DNA of 64,000 nucleotides from Salpingoeca rosetta (GCA_033442325.1 JAWQFM010000018.1:512617-576616), one strand, 5' to 3'. Positions 28,043-43,820 are shown, numbered from the stretch's first letter. Notes: a model not told the origin generated them from the sequence alone. Numbers and translations: made by a program.

Positions 28043-29307
28043 ATGACCAGCAACGTTCTGGGGCGAGTGGCTCGCCTGAACGGCACTGCGTCCGCTGTTT
28101 CGGCCGCTGCTGCTGCCACTGGGGCTGGTATTGGAAGGCGGTTGTTGTCGTCGATAGTGTGTGAAGGAACTGTACCACATGGCCTGGAGCTCTACCCAGA
28201 TTTCTTCACCCCACAAGAAGGTTTGTGTGAGTGCACGTGTTTGTTTGTGTGTGTGTGTGTGTGCGTTCGTTTGTTTGTGTGCGTGTGTGTGTGTTTGTTC
28301 GTTTGTTTGTGTGTGTTTGTTCGTTTGTTTGTGTGTGTGTGTGTTTCTTTGTTTGTTTGTGTGCCCCCACTCTGTCTCTCTCTGTCTCTATCTCTCTCTG
28401 TCTGTCTGTCTCTGTCTCTCTCTCTCTGTCTCTCTCTGTCTCTCTCCCTCCCTCCCCTCCCCTCTCTCTCTTTGTGAGTGTTTCGTTGGCATGCACCCAC
28501 AAGCATGCATTTGCTGCTTGTTCTGTTTTCGCAGTCTAACAGTACACCACTGGTTAGAAAAGGACATGCTGTCGGAGTTGACGAGAAACCGCTGGAGCAG
28601 CGAGCGCGATGATGCAGACGTCAAACGCAAGATGGCCAACCTTCTCGGGTGCGGTTGACGCGGTGTTGCACATGTGTTTCCAACAGCGCCCTTGCCCATC
28701 CACCTGCATCACCCGCATGTGTCCACAGCAACGTTCGCCACCCTTTCTGGTTTGCATGCATGGTTTATCGCTCACGCTCGTGCACTGCCGCAGGCGCACA
28801 CTCAAGACCTTGCCGGTGACACACCGCGTCATTCAAAGGTCTGCCTTGCTTGGTCACAAGCGCGAGCGTTAGGCTGCAGCTTGCATGGGCTTGTACTGTC
28901 ACTGCTTCCATCTCAAGTCGTGTTACTTTTTGCGTCGTTGCTGCGTCACTTTGCAGGGCGGTAGATCAGGGCTGCTTGCGGGAGTTTCCAGACGGATCCC
29001 AGCTCAACAAATATCCCAGCAACGGCTGCATCCCGTTTCATGTCGGTGCGTGTTCTCACATGTGTGTGTGTGTGTGTGTGTTTGTTCGCGTTGGTGGAGG
29101 GGAGGGTTGTGTATTGACTACAGGCCACCCTGACAACAACAACAAAAAACGCCACACGCGTACACAAACACATACTCTGCTTCGCAGACGCTCGGGGAAT
29201 TGGCGCTTCCATCTGCATGTTCAGTTTCCAAAGCTCGTCTCTCCTCGACATGATACCAACAACCGACCTCACAGGTGTTTTTGCATGTGTGTGTGTTTAT
29301 GTGTGTT

Positions 29308-29385
<78 letters not shown>

Positions 29386-29506
29386 NNNNNNNNNNNNNNN
29401 NNNNNNNNNNNNNNNNNNNNNNNNNNNNNNNNNNNNNNNNNNNNNNNNNNNNNNNNNNNNNNNNNNNNNNNNNNNNNNNNNNNNNTGTGTGTGTTGTTGT
29501 GTGTTG

Positions 29507-29587
<81 letters not shown>

Positions 29588-29942
29588 GCTGTTATCAACC
29601 ACGTTGCACGCATGCATGCATGTTAGGTCAAGTCGTTCCATAACCCCCCTTCCAAATTGCCGACGCGCGACAGATGAGCACAATGCGATGAGTGCAGAGG
29701 AAGTGCTGGCGCTAGGCGGCTGCAGGCTGTTGCTGGAGCCACGCTCTCTGCTTGTGCTGCGCCATGACGCGCGGTACCACTGGGCACACCGCGTGCCGTC
29801 AGCGCCAACCTTCACCATCAACAACCGCACGTATACGCGAGCAGAGCGCTTCTCCCTCGTCTTCTGGTCGACAAAGCTCGATCCCAACGCACCGCCCATC
29901 AAGCGGCACCCAGATGCCACGTCCCGCATCCGCCTCACCTGA
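28043..29942 (+). CDS. AlkB-family Fe(II)/2OG dioxygenase, ALKBH7-like, with mitochondrial-type presequence
   Basis: GLELYPDFFTPQE|EKDML, LNKYPSNGCIPFHV|D (HxD), LLLEPRSLLVLRHDARYHWAH, ERFSLVF. Confidence 0.8.
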
Positions 29943-30226
29943 GCATGCGTGCGTGTGTGTGTGTGTGTGTGCGCGCCTGTGTGCGTCTGCGTGCGTGTGC
30001 GTCTGTGTCTGACAGTGTTTGCTTGTCTTGCTCCTCTCTGACTCTGTCTTTCTCTCTCTCTCTCTCTGTCTCCTGTCTCTTTCTCTCTCTCTGTCTCTCT
30101 CTTATTCTCTCTCTCTCTCTCGCTGTGCTTTGCTTTTCCAAATTTTTTTCACGTTTTTCTGAGAACCCACAAGTGTGCAAACTGGTTTGGGTCTATGATA
30201 TGATCGCGACGCTGTGTGTGACGATT

Positions 30227-30444
30227 AGGATTGTACTCTTTAGGATCATTTCTATAGTAACTATCCAGCTTTAGTCCCTCAACTAAGGCAAAGCTTTGAA
30301 GCACGATGACGACAAAGAGGTCGTTGTCCTGAGCGTGAGGCAGGTGCACGTTGAATGGCTTTTGCCGCTCGCGTGAGCCCTCGATGATCGCGCGCTGCCC
30401 GCCGCTGGCGGAAAGCACATGGACTTCGGACCAGTCCGAATGCT
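30227..30444 (+). ncRNA. U3: U3 snoRNA
   Basis: Box A'/A TACTCTTTAGGATCATTTCTATAG (30234-30257), box C' GATGA (30305), box B GAGCGTGAG (30331), box C GATGATCG (30383), box D-like CCGA (30436), terminal AGCA/TGCT stem; ~218 nt. Confidence 0.88.
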
Positions 30445-30540
30445 CTTCTTCTTTTTTTCCAACCCAAATCAAAAGGAAACGTAGCGATTTGTGTGTGTGC
30501 ATTGTGGCGACACGTGTTTTCGTGGTGCGTGTTCGAATTC

Positions 30541-30552
30541 ACTGAATTCAGT
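30541..30552. promoter_or_regulatory. ACTGAATTCAGT palindrome ~40 bp upstream of the YjjX-like gene
   Basis: Same 12-mer as at 24325, 27999 and 28021; directly preceded by an extra GAATTC. Confidence 0.5.
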
Positions 30553-30593
30553 TGGTCCCCATTTCTCTGTCCTCTCGCGCAAACACAGAGAGG

Positions 30594-31608
<1,015 letters not shown>

Positions 31609-31900
31609 GTGTGTGTTGTGTGTGCGTGCTGCGTCTGTGCGTGTGTGGGTGTGTGCTCTGTTTGTGTTGTGTATGTGTATGTGTGTGTGTGTATGTGTAT
31701 GTGTGATGTGTATGTGTGTGTATGTGCGTGTGTGCACATCAGTGTACTCTGCTGTGCCGTCGTTCGACCTTCGTCTCTCCTTCACTTTAAGCAATGCCAA
31801 CGGAAGTGTTAGCCCTCCTTGTTCCGTTCATGGATGTGACACTTCCTGCTTTACTTGACACCAGTACATCGTTCTGCCATCTGCTGTATCCATCGCGGAT

Positions 31901-31966
<66 letters not shown>

Positions 31967-32066
31967 NNNNNNNNNNNNNNNNNNNNNNNNNNNNNNNNNN
32001 NNNNNNNNNNNNNNNNNNNNNNNNNNNNNNNNNNNNNNNNNNNNNNNNNNNNNNNNNNNNNNNNNN

Positions 32067-32223
32067 CCACAGCGGCCAGCGCAGCAATGACAGCAACAAC
32101 GGCGCTGCTGCCACCGCCGCTGCCACCACCACCGACAACGATGAGGGACAGCCACACAGCGCCGCAGCGACCTCACGTAGCCCCGGTGGCCTGGCCGCAA
32201 CAGAGCCCCCTGCAACTGTCTAA
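32067..32223 (+). CDS. Orphan 3' coding end directly after a gap (…GGLAATEPPATV*)
   Basis: GC-rich, coding-like open frame ending in TAA; no upstream exons are present in the assembly. Confidence 0.3.
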
Positions 32224-32743
32224 GCGACAGTCGCAGCACTACACATGAGCCTCGCACCGAGGCACTTGGTTTCTATCTATCTATCTATTGATTTACTTTT
32301 CTTTCTATCTATGTGGCGCCTGCTCTCACACCCATTCGCCCATGCACACCCCATCTCTGAGCGCTGGGAACAGTGTAAGATTTCAGCGAGTTTTCCCCAA
32401 TAAATCGAATCACATACACACACACGCATACACACACCATCACCATTGCGGAAGATTGCCAACTACATACACAATTTTCGTGCGTGCCAACAACAAAGAC
32501 AAACAGCCGCTGTTGTCCTTCCCATTCACCTTCCCCCCACCTCAAACACTTTGCCTTCTTCACATCGTTCACCTTCGTTCGTGCACCTGCATCGCCGCCG
32601 CGCTTCGACTGCACCCTTTGGTGGCAGCAGCAGTAGCAGTGAAATCGCACCCATAGCGTGACGCAGCGCGCCTGCGTGTGTACCAGCACCTACAACACAC
32701 ACACACGCACACATACTCAGCGCACACAACAGCGCACACAACA

Positions 32744-33952
32744 ATGACCTCGCAGCCGCAAGCTGCGCGCTCACACCGCATGGGGTTGGTGGAGCAGATA
32801 TTGCAGAAGCAGCACCGCCGACCGCTGTCCAAGCAGGACGAGGAGGACATCCTGAGCCACTTCCGGGACCTGGAAAGCGACCTTGAGCTCACCAAGCGGC
32901 GCATCACCCGGCGGTCGCAGTTTGTCAACCGAACAAAGGAGGAACGCGGCGAGCTGGTGGAACAGATTGCGTTCCTGCAAGAGGACATCTACGCCCTGCA
33001 GGAGCAGGTGTCGCTGCGAGAAGCCACCATCCGCAAGCAGAAGCAAGTCGAGCGCCAGCTCAAGGCAGACATCACCCGCATCGAGGAGGAGAAGGCCGCC
33101 ATCCTGTCCGAGCTGGAAGTGCTCAGCGCTCGGTATGCGCCCCTTGCGCAGTGCGACTCCATCGTCCTTTCCCGGGTCCTCACGCCATCACTCTCCCCGA
33201 CCACCAGCCAAGAAGGGCGCACACGCGGCAACACGTCCCTGGCCATGGCCAAGAGCACCAGCTCCACCAGCATTGCCAGCAACGGCCAGCGGAACGGCGG
33301 CGGGAGCAGCGACGCCGACGATGACGATGCTGCCTTCGGTGACGATGGCGGCGACGACCAGACCCTCAACGACAGCACAGTGAGCAGCACAGGCAGGGAC
33401 GGGGCGGGCTGCGGCGGCTTCATGCGCACACTTGCAGACTGCATCACCGCAGCGTCCTCGGAGGTGCTGGTCATGACGCAGACCTTCACCTCGCGTGCGC
33501 TCGCAGACGTGCTGGCGAGTGCCAGCCAGCGCGGCATCACGGTGCGCGTGATTGTGGACGCGTCCTGGCTCAACATCACGCTTCGCGCCTCTGGCGCCTC
33601 CCGCGACTACCAGTGCTGGCAGCGCGTGTACCGCCGCTTCAAGGCCGCTGGCGTCGAATGGGGCGCCCAGCGCGGCCGTCGGCACATCGCCCGCCCAACA
33701 TCAACGCACGTGCCCTTCACCCACAACGCCATCATCGTTGACGGCCTCACGCTCATCACGGGCCCGCTCAGGTTTGCCGATGAAGCGTGTGCAAACAGCG
33801 CGGAGAGCAGCCTTGTTGTTGTTCGCGGCACAAGTCGCAACGCGACCCCTTGTATCCAGTCCATGCACACCCTCTTCACCCAGATGTGGGGCTGTTTGGT
33901 CGAGGTGGACGTTCCACAAGAGATGACCCGTGTCCGTCTCCCAAAGATCTAG
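32744..33952 (+). CDS. Intronless coiled-coil protein with a degenerate PLD (Zucchini/PLD6/Nuc-like) domain
   Basis: N-terminal coiled coil; ITAASSEVLVMTQTFTSRALADVLASASQRGITVRVIVD; FTHNAIIVDGLTLITGPLRF...NSAE at the position of HxKxxxxD...GSxN...NxE. Confidence 0.75.
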   Translation: MTSQPQAARSHRMGLVEQILQKQHRRPLSKQDEEDILSHFRDLESDLELTKRRITRRSQFVNRTKEERGELVEQIAFLQEDIYALQEQVSLREATIRKQKQVERQLKADITRIEEEKAAILSELEVLSARYAPLAQCDSIVLSRVLTPSLSPTTSQEGRTRGNTSLAMAKSTSSTSIASNGQRNGGGSSDADDDDAAFGDDGGDDQTLNDSTVSSTGRDGAGCGGFMRTLADCITAASSEVLVMTQTFTSRALADVLASASQRGITVRVIVDASWLNITLRASGASRDYQCWQRVYRRFKAAGVEWGAQRGRRHIARPTSTHVPFTHNAIIVDGLTLITGPLRFADEACANSAESSLVVVRGTSRNATPCIQSMHTLFTQMWGCLVEVDVPQEMTRVRLPKI

Positions 33953-33994
33953 CTCCTTATGTGTGGCCGAGGGCGAGAAAACATGTGTGTTGTG

Positions 33995-34118
<124 letters not shown>

Positions 34119-34770
34119 ATGAGTATGACACCTGTGTTCATTGGATGTTAGTTTCTTTGCGTGCTGCGTGCACATTTGTATGCCGCCCGTGTGACATGCA
34201 TGTCGTTGTTGCTGTTGTTTATTCTTGTTTTTCCTTCCGCTTCTTCTGCACTGTCATTCTCCCTGCCTGATCTGCGGCTGCTGGCATCCGCGTTCCTCCT
34301 GTTGTTCTACATGCATGCATGTGCTGTACTGTGCCGTGGTTGTGCGTGCGTGCGTGTGTGTGTGCGTGTGCGTGTGTGTGTTTGTTGATGCATGCAAGCA
34401 TGTTTGTTGGTGCATGCACGCATGTTTGTTGGTGCTGTTTGCGTGCTTGTGCTCACCTCTTTGTGCCCTTGTTTGGCAATTAGATGGGGTGGTCGTTCCT
34501 CCACCCACACACGACGAAACTATTGTTGAATTTCTTTCGTTTGTACTGAAACATGACTATTAGACAACACTCGTAATCCAGACCCACAAATGGTGCTTAC
34601 CAACAAAACAACCATGTATCAACAACAACCTATTGTTCCTTGCTTGGGCGCAAATGTGAATGTGTGTGTTTACATGTGTGTGAAATGAACATGTGTGTGT
34701 GTGGTGTGGTGTGGACAAAACAGGTTTTCTGTTGTAGCCGTGTCTCCACAGTGTCGTCACACCTCATTGC

Positions 34771-34959
34771 TCACGCATCCTGCCGAACACTGGTGCCAGC
34801 AATGCCCGCCCTGCAGTGCCAAGATGAAACACAACATGGAGTGGGTGGAGACAGATGAGACAAAACAGCCAAGGAGGCAACCAATAAGCCAACGTGTACG
34901 ATGTATCACATACACAGACACACGAACACACGAACACACGCACACACGCACACACACAC

Positions 34960-35017
<58 letters not shown>

Positions 35018-37107
35018 ACACACGCACACACACACGCTCGCAAGCAAGCAAGCAAACCTGCGTGGCGGGGTGTGTCCAATGTACAGCAGCCCGGACGTCT
35101 TGAGGCGATCGAGTGCAGAGATGATCTTGCGTGACGCCACAGACTCAGAGTCGGTCGTGGATGACGCATAGCCGGAGAACTGGTGCTGCTGATGACTGGC
35201 ATCCTCATCGTGTCCACCGTGTCCCCTCTGCTTGTGGCGTGGTGGATAGAGTTTGCCCGCACATGGGCGCTCGTAGCCAATCACGCGCTTCAGAAACGCT
35301 TCTGTGTCCTCTGTTGACCGGGACACAGCGGAGCGCCCGCCCTCGTCCACATCGCCATTGTCACCATCATCGCCAGCACCGTAACCGGCAAGCACGTGGG
35401 CGGCTTCGTCGTACAACTGCTGCTGCACGTGCGCCCGCACAGCGTCCTGCTCTTGGCCCTCTTGCTGGCTGCGCTGCTGATGTTGGTCATGGGGGTTGTG
35501 CTGGCGTTTGTCGTCGTGGTGGTGGTGATGTTGGCGCATGCCACTGCTAGCCATCTCCTCCTGTAGGGCTGTGAGCTCGTTCCCCTCTGCTGCCAGCACC
35601 CGCTTGTGTGCATTGTGCAACTGCGCCTGCGCGTGCTGCAAGTCAAACAGCTGGCGCTTCAGCTTCTCCAGCTTCTGTTCGGGCGAGTGCACACCATGAC
35701 GACGCTGCTGCTGCTGTTGTTGTTGCTGTTGTTGTTGCTGTTGTTGTGGTTGTACCTCCTGATCAGCTGAGTGCGACTGCATGGCTGCGTGTCTTGTGTC
35801 CCGCGCCATCAAGCTGTCAACCTCAACATCACGTCCACCCATCTGCTGCTGCTGCTGCTGCTGCTGCCACTGCTTGAGCCGGTGCCGCTGCCTCTCGCCG
35901 CCACGACGTCCGTCCGCTCGCTGCTCGTCCTGGAGCTGCTGCCATTGCGAATGCTGGCGTCCACCGTGTCCAGCGCCGTCACCGTTGCTGTCGCCACCAG
36001 CATCCACAACACCACCACTCCGTGGAGCACCACTCATCCACGCACCCTTGCCTCCAGTGACATCAGCACCGCTCTCAGATGCGGCAGATGACAGGTCCGA
36101 CACGCCGCCAAAGGACAGCCCGCCTTCAACGTCGCCGTCTCCTTCGTCGCCTGCGTCTTCGCCGTCGTCGGCGTTGGACGTTGGCGCCAGCAGCTGGCGC
36201 GTTCGTCGCATGTAGTCGCCTGCAACAGGAGGCGCATGCTGTACGCTGATGGGCGCAGTGTCGCTCGGTGCGTCATCACCACCACGCATCTGTGATCGCG
36301 CTGCCGCCCCGCCACCACCTCCATACCCATCACCGATCCCACTCCCTTCACCCTCTCTACCATGGTTTGCACTGCCATCAGTGCCACCATCTCGATGCAG
36401 CACCCGCAGAGACGCCTTGTATCGCTCCAAAATGTCCTGTGCAGACTCCTTCTGTGATACCCGCGTGTGCGCGTGCAAACCCGTCGCCAGCCACGCTTGC
36501 GTCTGCTGCCAACTCGGCTGCGGCTGCTGTTGCTGCTGGTGTCGTTGTTGTTGTCGTCGTTGTTGTTGTTGTGCTGCTTGTGGTACCACCGCTGTGGCTG
36601 TAAATTCCATCTCTGCCTGTGTCGTAACGGCTTCGTCCTCGTTCTCACCGCTCGCGTGTCCACGTCCACGCTGCGTTGAGCGTGCGCTGCGTTCGAGAGA
36701 GGAGATGAGCGCAGATACGCGCTGCGTGTGCGCGCTCGCATCCTTCGCTGCCTGAATCGGTACAGAGACCGCTCGCACGCCCCTGTCACGCGCGTGTCGT
36801 CCTGTAAAGCTGCCGCCGCCGCCACCATCACCATCGCCATCACTGCTTGAAGCTTCGTGCGCACCGTGGTGGTTGATTGGCGACGATGATGCTGATGCGT
36901 CTGAGAGCGGCTCAGCAAACGTGCTGTACCACTCGTCGTGCAGCAAGGGCACGCGCGAGGTGGCTGCTGCTGCCACATGACTCCGTGACGTGTCAATCAC
37001 CTGCAAAAGGAGCGGGTGTAGGGCCAGTTATGCACAAGTGCGTGTAAGTATGTGTGAGAGTGCGAGTGTGTGCGTGTGTGTGTGTGTGTGCTTTTTTTTT
37101 TTTTTTT

Positions 37108-37188
<81 letters not shown>

Positions 37189-38072
37189 GTGCGCGCGCAG
37201 ATTTAAGCGTGCGTGTTGGTACCCCCCACCACTGTTCATGAGGCACAAATCCACGATCAGCACCAACACCACCACCCATTGTACGTCTCACCTGCCACGC
37301 AGAGTCGGTGCCTCCGAGCTGGACGGGAACGTGGCGACTGTGGTCCTCAACGCCAACAAAGCGGACACGCTCTGGTCAACGACAAGCAAAGGCGCGGAGC
37401 ACGTGTTTGTAAGTAGAAGGCGCGAAGTGTGGAGGTGAGAAAGTGACAGGCACGTGCATAGCATCATAGCCTGGCGTGTGACAAAGTAAGTCAGTGACGA
37501 ATGTCGCAATGCAACGCAAATCAGTGTACTCACGTCGAGTTCTGGCGGACATGGAGGCTGATCGAGCCGACTGCCAATCACCATCGTCGTCGTTGTTGCC
37601 ATCATCATCATCAACACCGCCGACACGTACATCATGGACCCTTTCATAGTGAACACGACGACCACCACGGCCAGCGTTGCTCACGTCATCATGATCATCA
37701 TCGTGAGCATCATCATCGTCACCATCGTTGTCGTTGTCGCTGATGGTGCCGACCAAAGGAGAAACGTGTTTGGCGTGAAATTGCTGCCGTAGGATGGAGA
37801 CGGGTGTGTGTGCTGCTGCTTTGCCTTTGTGGCGGCCTTTATTTGCTCCCTCATCCTCATCATCATCATCATCCTCGCCGTCGTAACGGCGGCGCAGGTG
37901 TTGACGCGGCTGCTGCTTCAGCTTCGCCCTTCGATGCTGTTGTCGTTGTTGCTGCCGCTGCCGCTGCTGCTGGCTTCGCTTCGTTTGCTGCTGGCGCTGT
38001 GAGATTGTCTGCACACGTGAGCGAATTGTGTTCCACGACATGTTGAGAGCCGCCTTCTCATCTTCTCGCTCC

Positions 38073-38150
<78 letters not shown>

Positions 38151-39781
38151 GCATCGGCTTCGTTCATGGCAGCGTGCATGTGCGAGAAGGCGGTGGCTGG
38201 TGTGATCTGGGGTGCCACATGCGGCGACTGCATGGGCGCACTCGCTCGTGGCATCCCCTCCATGTCATCAACATCATCATCCTCACCAACATCATCGTCA
38301 TCATCATCATCATCATGAGTTGCCGTGTGCTGCTGTGCCATGTGGTCGCCTGCGTCGCTTGTGCGATGGCCACCATCAACACCACCCCTCTGATGTTGTT
38401 GGCGCGGGTGCAAGCTGCCTCCGTCAACGCTGTCTGGCGCAACTGTTGTCGCTGTCATTGCTCGCTCCATTTCCTCCCGTGCAACCGAATCACCATCAAC
38501 ATCGTCCGCACTACCATCGCCATCATTCTCTTCGTCTGCATCATCATCATCATCATCAATGTCACCAGCCGGTGCAGCGGCAACAGGGCTGTCGCCTCTG
38601 CCATACCCGCTGGCGCTGTGCCCACCAGCAACAACACCACGTGCATCACCAGCAAAGCGGGTTGATTCGCCACCATGTGTGCTCTGCAGGTGTTGCGGCT
38701 GCTGCGACGTGACGCCGTGACGAAACTGCTTCATCCGGCCAGCCGTCGTCCTGGCCGGCGGTGCCGCTGTTGATGGCGGCTGTGCTGGTGTGGCGGCCGT
38801 GTGCTCTGCATGTTGGGGGGCGTTGTCTGTCTGAAGTGAAGTGCTGACCTGTTGTTGGCAAGGTGACCGTTGCTGTGACCACGGCATCCACGCCTGATGA
38901 GGGTGACGACGCACGTGAGCAGAGCGGCCATCTTCCCGGAATGTCGCTGTGTTCGCCGTTGCTGTTGCCGTGGTTGCTGTGTACTCTTCGCTTGACCCCT
39001 CGCTCGCATCTGAGAACGTTTGTGACGACTGGTCGTGGGCGTGTCCGCTCAGTCGCCGTTTTGCTTCGCGCGCCTTCAGCTGCGATGACGGCGACACTGG
39101 ACACGACGATGGCTCATCTGTGTGTATTTGTGTGTGTGTGTGTGTGTGAGTGTGAGTATGCATGTATGTGTGTGTGTGTGTGAGTGTGCATGGGCGTGTG
39201 GATATGATTGTGTTGTGCAGTTCACCAAGCGAGTGAGGCTGTTATTCAGTCAAAATCTGAGCAGCGACCACTAGATGCAACAAAGATCAACTAACATTGG
39301 CTCTCCAACAACAGGTCTTCGAGAGCGCGCTCCAGTGCTCGCTGCTTGGACTGATGCTCGCGTCTCCATTCGCGCGGCTGCAGCGTTGAGAAGACGGGTG
39401 GGTGGGTTGAGATGGGAGACCATGGCATGCAGCGATGAAAGTGCAATAGGTGCATGCAGAAGTGCAAGCTGCACGCAGCGGAGCACACGATGAAGCAAAC
39501 AGAATGTCACACACAAGCACACATGCACACACATACGCACACATCAATCGTGCCCTCCCACTACGTGAGCTAAACACATCAGTTTCATCTCACCTCTATG
39601 ACTTTGCCGGTGCGCTGCGAGAGCAGCATGAGGCGCTGCTGTGTTTCGATCCTCTCCGCGTGCTCCAATTCTTGCATCAGCTCCCGTCGCGTCATGTCCA
39701 GGTGGAGCCGGTCTGCTGCCCGCTGCCCACGCGTCCGTGCCGCTTTCCGCGCCTCTGCCATCTTGCGCTCCCGCTCCTGCG

Positions 39782-39872
<91 letters not shown>

Positions 39873-42073
39873 TATGTGTGTATGTGTGTATGTGTGTATG
39901 TGTGTGAACGAGACCGCGTGTGCGTGTGTATGTGTGTGAACGAGACCACGTGTTGTGCATGTGGTGAGAGCGTAAAAGTGTCGCTGTGACGTGTTCATCA
40001 TCACGACACACCTCTTCTTCCTCCCCTCTTCATCCTCACGATACGCAGCAACACTTCACCCCATACCTTCTGCTCCTGCTTGAGCTCCTCCTCCGTCTTC
40101 GCTGCGGCCGCCTCTGCATCCTCTTCCGCCTCCTGCTGCTCCCCAGCCAGATTGCGCACGATCATGTAGTGCGCCTTGCCCTGCGCGTGTGATCGTACGA
40201 GAGCACAAGTGCGCGCGTGCGTTTGCGTTTGTGTGTGTGTGTGTGTGTGTGAGTTTGCGCATGTGCACATGTGTTGCGTTGTGTCGAGCTGCACGCTTGA
40301 GAGCCCACACGTTAACAACACATGACATCCGGTCAACAGCAAGCCTGTCATGGACTCGAGGCTGTCTTGACATACGTAGGCGTTGTGGTGGTGGTAGGTC
40401 TTTGCATACGAGACGTGGCTGGTGCCTTGGTGCACGCTGCTTGTGGCCTGCGACGATGCCGATGATTCAGAGGCGGTGGTCCTGCAGGAGCAGCACATGG
40501 CACATGTGGTGTTGTGGTGGAACGTGAAAGCCAGAAAGGTGAAGATGAGCAGGGGTTGTCTCAAAGGTGTGGGGGAAATGAAGGGGAAGAAGTGTTGACA
40601 GTGGCAGGCAGCAACGGGGCATACCATGAGTCTCTTCGTGCTTGTGGATGGTTCTTGGCATATTCTGCAATCTGCAGACAAGACAAACACGCATGCAGTG
40701 AGTCACACAGGTTCAGCGTATCTTTGTCTCCTACGGCAGTACTTGCGGCAGTACTTGCGGCAATACTCAAGCAGTTACGCACACTCGTCCGCACACTCAT
40801 CCGCACACGCACACATCCGGACATACACAAATGCACGCAGACACAATTGCACATACGCAATGACCCGCATGCACACCCACCCACCTGCTCTGCGCGTCTT
40901 CGCTCAATGGTTCGCGCACGCTGAAGAGCAGCGAGACGCTGTCGCTCTGGTGCCGACTGCTGCCACGATTCTTGCCTGTTGCAGTGCACACCATGGTTTC
41001 ATCACCTCGAATTAGCTTGCGGGCAGGTTACAGAAGTCAAGTGTGCGAAGGGTGGAGCGGAAGCTTGGAGTACATGCCAGGTACACAAACACCACTGTGT
41101 ATCGAGAACAACTTGCTTGCACACACTTGTTCCTATCCTGCCGCCGACACACACACACACACACACACACTCACTCACCGCAAGTGTCGCAGTGCCATGT
41201 CGCTTCGTAGCTGTACTCGCCGCTCTTGCTCCTGCCAAAGACATGATTTGCAAGTGGTGAGATACTTGTTGGGGCTGCGTGTTCACCTTCTGCGTGTGGA
41301 TGCGTGCGTGTGTGTATGCGTATGTGCGTGTGTGCATGCGTGCAGTGCAGGCTTGGGTGGCAATGTGGCACGTAGGTTTCAGAGCACTGTGGTATTCTTA
41401 CCAGCTGCTGCTGTTTCCTGATGACGAGGCTGTCTTGCTGTGAGCGCAGCTCACGTGCTTGCTGATGTCCATCTCCAAACCGCGAGATGAGCTCCTCATA
41501 TCTGTCCGTCAGTTCGTGTTGTCGTCTCGCGCGTTCCTGCGCTTCTTGTTGCTGAGTTGCACGCATTGAGGCGAATGCAGGCATTGGGTGAGGTGAGCGC
41601 GTTGTGGTCACTGCACGCGTGAGCGGTTGCCCCATTCAACCACCAGAGACATCAAAGCACACGACGTGACGATTCACGTACAAGCTTTCAAGTCCACACC
41701 ACACGCACACATAAACGCACACATAAACACACGCGTATACATACGCACACACGTCCACACCCACACACCCTTCGCCAACCTGTTTTGCGCGCTTCTTTCT
41801 GCGGTCTGCAGAGCTCTTTTGTTGCTGATATGACTTGCGCAAACGCGCAGCAAACTCTTTCTCTTGTTGTCGCACCTGTCACCATCAGCACACACAAACA
41901 CACACACATGCACATTCAGTCACAGCCATCGTCAGCGTTCACATTGTGCCCGTACAATGCTGAGGGTGCATGCACGCAAACACACACGCAAACATACACA
42001 CAACCCACACGCGCGCGCAAAACAAGCTGACCTTTTGGAGGCGCAATCGCTTGGACTCTTGCACTGCCGACAT
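34771..42073 (-). CDS. CEP295: CEP295/Ana1 (DDC8-like domain) centriolar protein with long disordered C-terminus
   Basis: RLRLQK|VRQQEKEFAARLR, YEELISRFGDGHQQARE, ARTIERRRAEQI and ARTRGQRAADRLHLDMTRRELMQELE parallel the recalled CEP295 N-terminus. Large low-complexity exons at ~35059-37002 and ~37526-39080; the 3' boundary is approximate. Confidence 0.65.
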
Positions 42074-42282
42074 GGTGAGTGTAGTGCACAACAGGCGGGG
42101 GGGGGCTCGCTTCTCCTCTTCCCCGCGCTGTTGTCCTGTGTGTGTGTGGTGGTGTTGAAGGTCGTTCCAAGACGCAAGCCAAGGTCACCCCAAAGCCGTT
42201 TTTCAAAGTTGGCGGAGCGAATTTGGCTGGAATTTTATTTATATTTTCATCTACTTTTCCCAACTGGTGCGGTGGACCAACG

Positions 42283-43806
<1,524 letters not shown>

Positions 43807-43820
43807 GGCGCGCACGTGTG

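Noticed and set aside
39204-39260. ATGATTG...CTGA C/D-like pattern
   Set aside because: Antisense to the host intron, with weak boxes.
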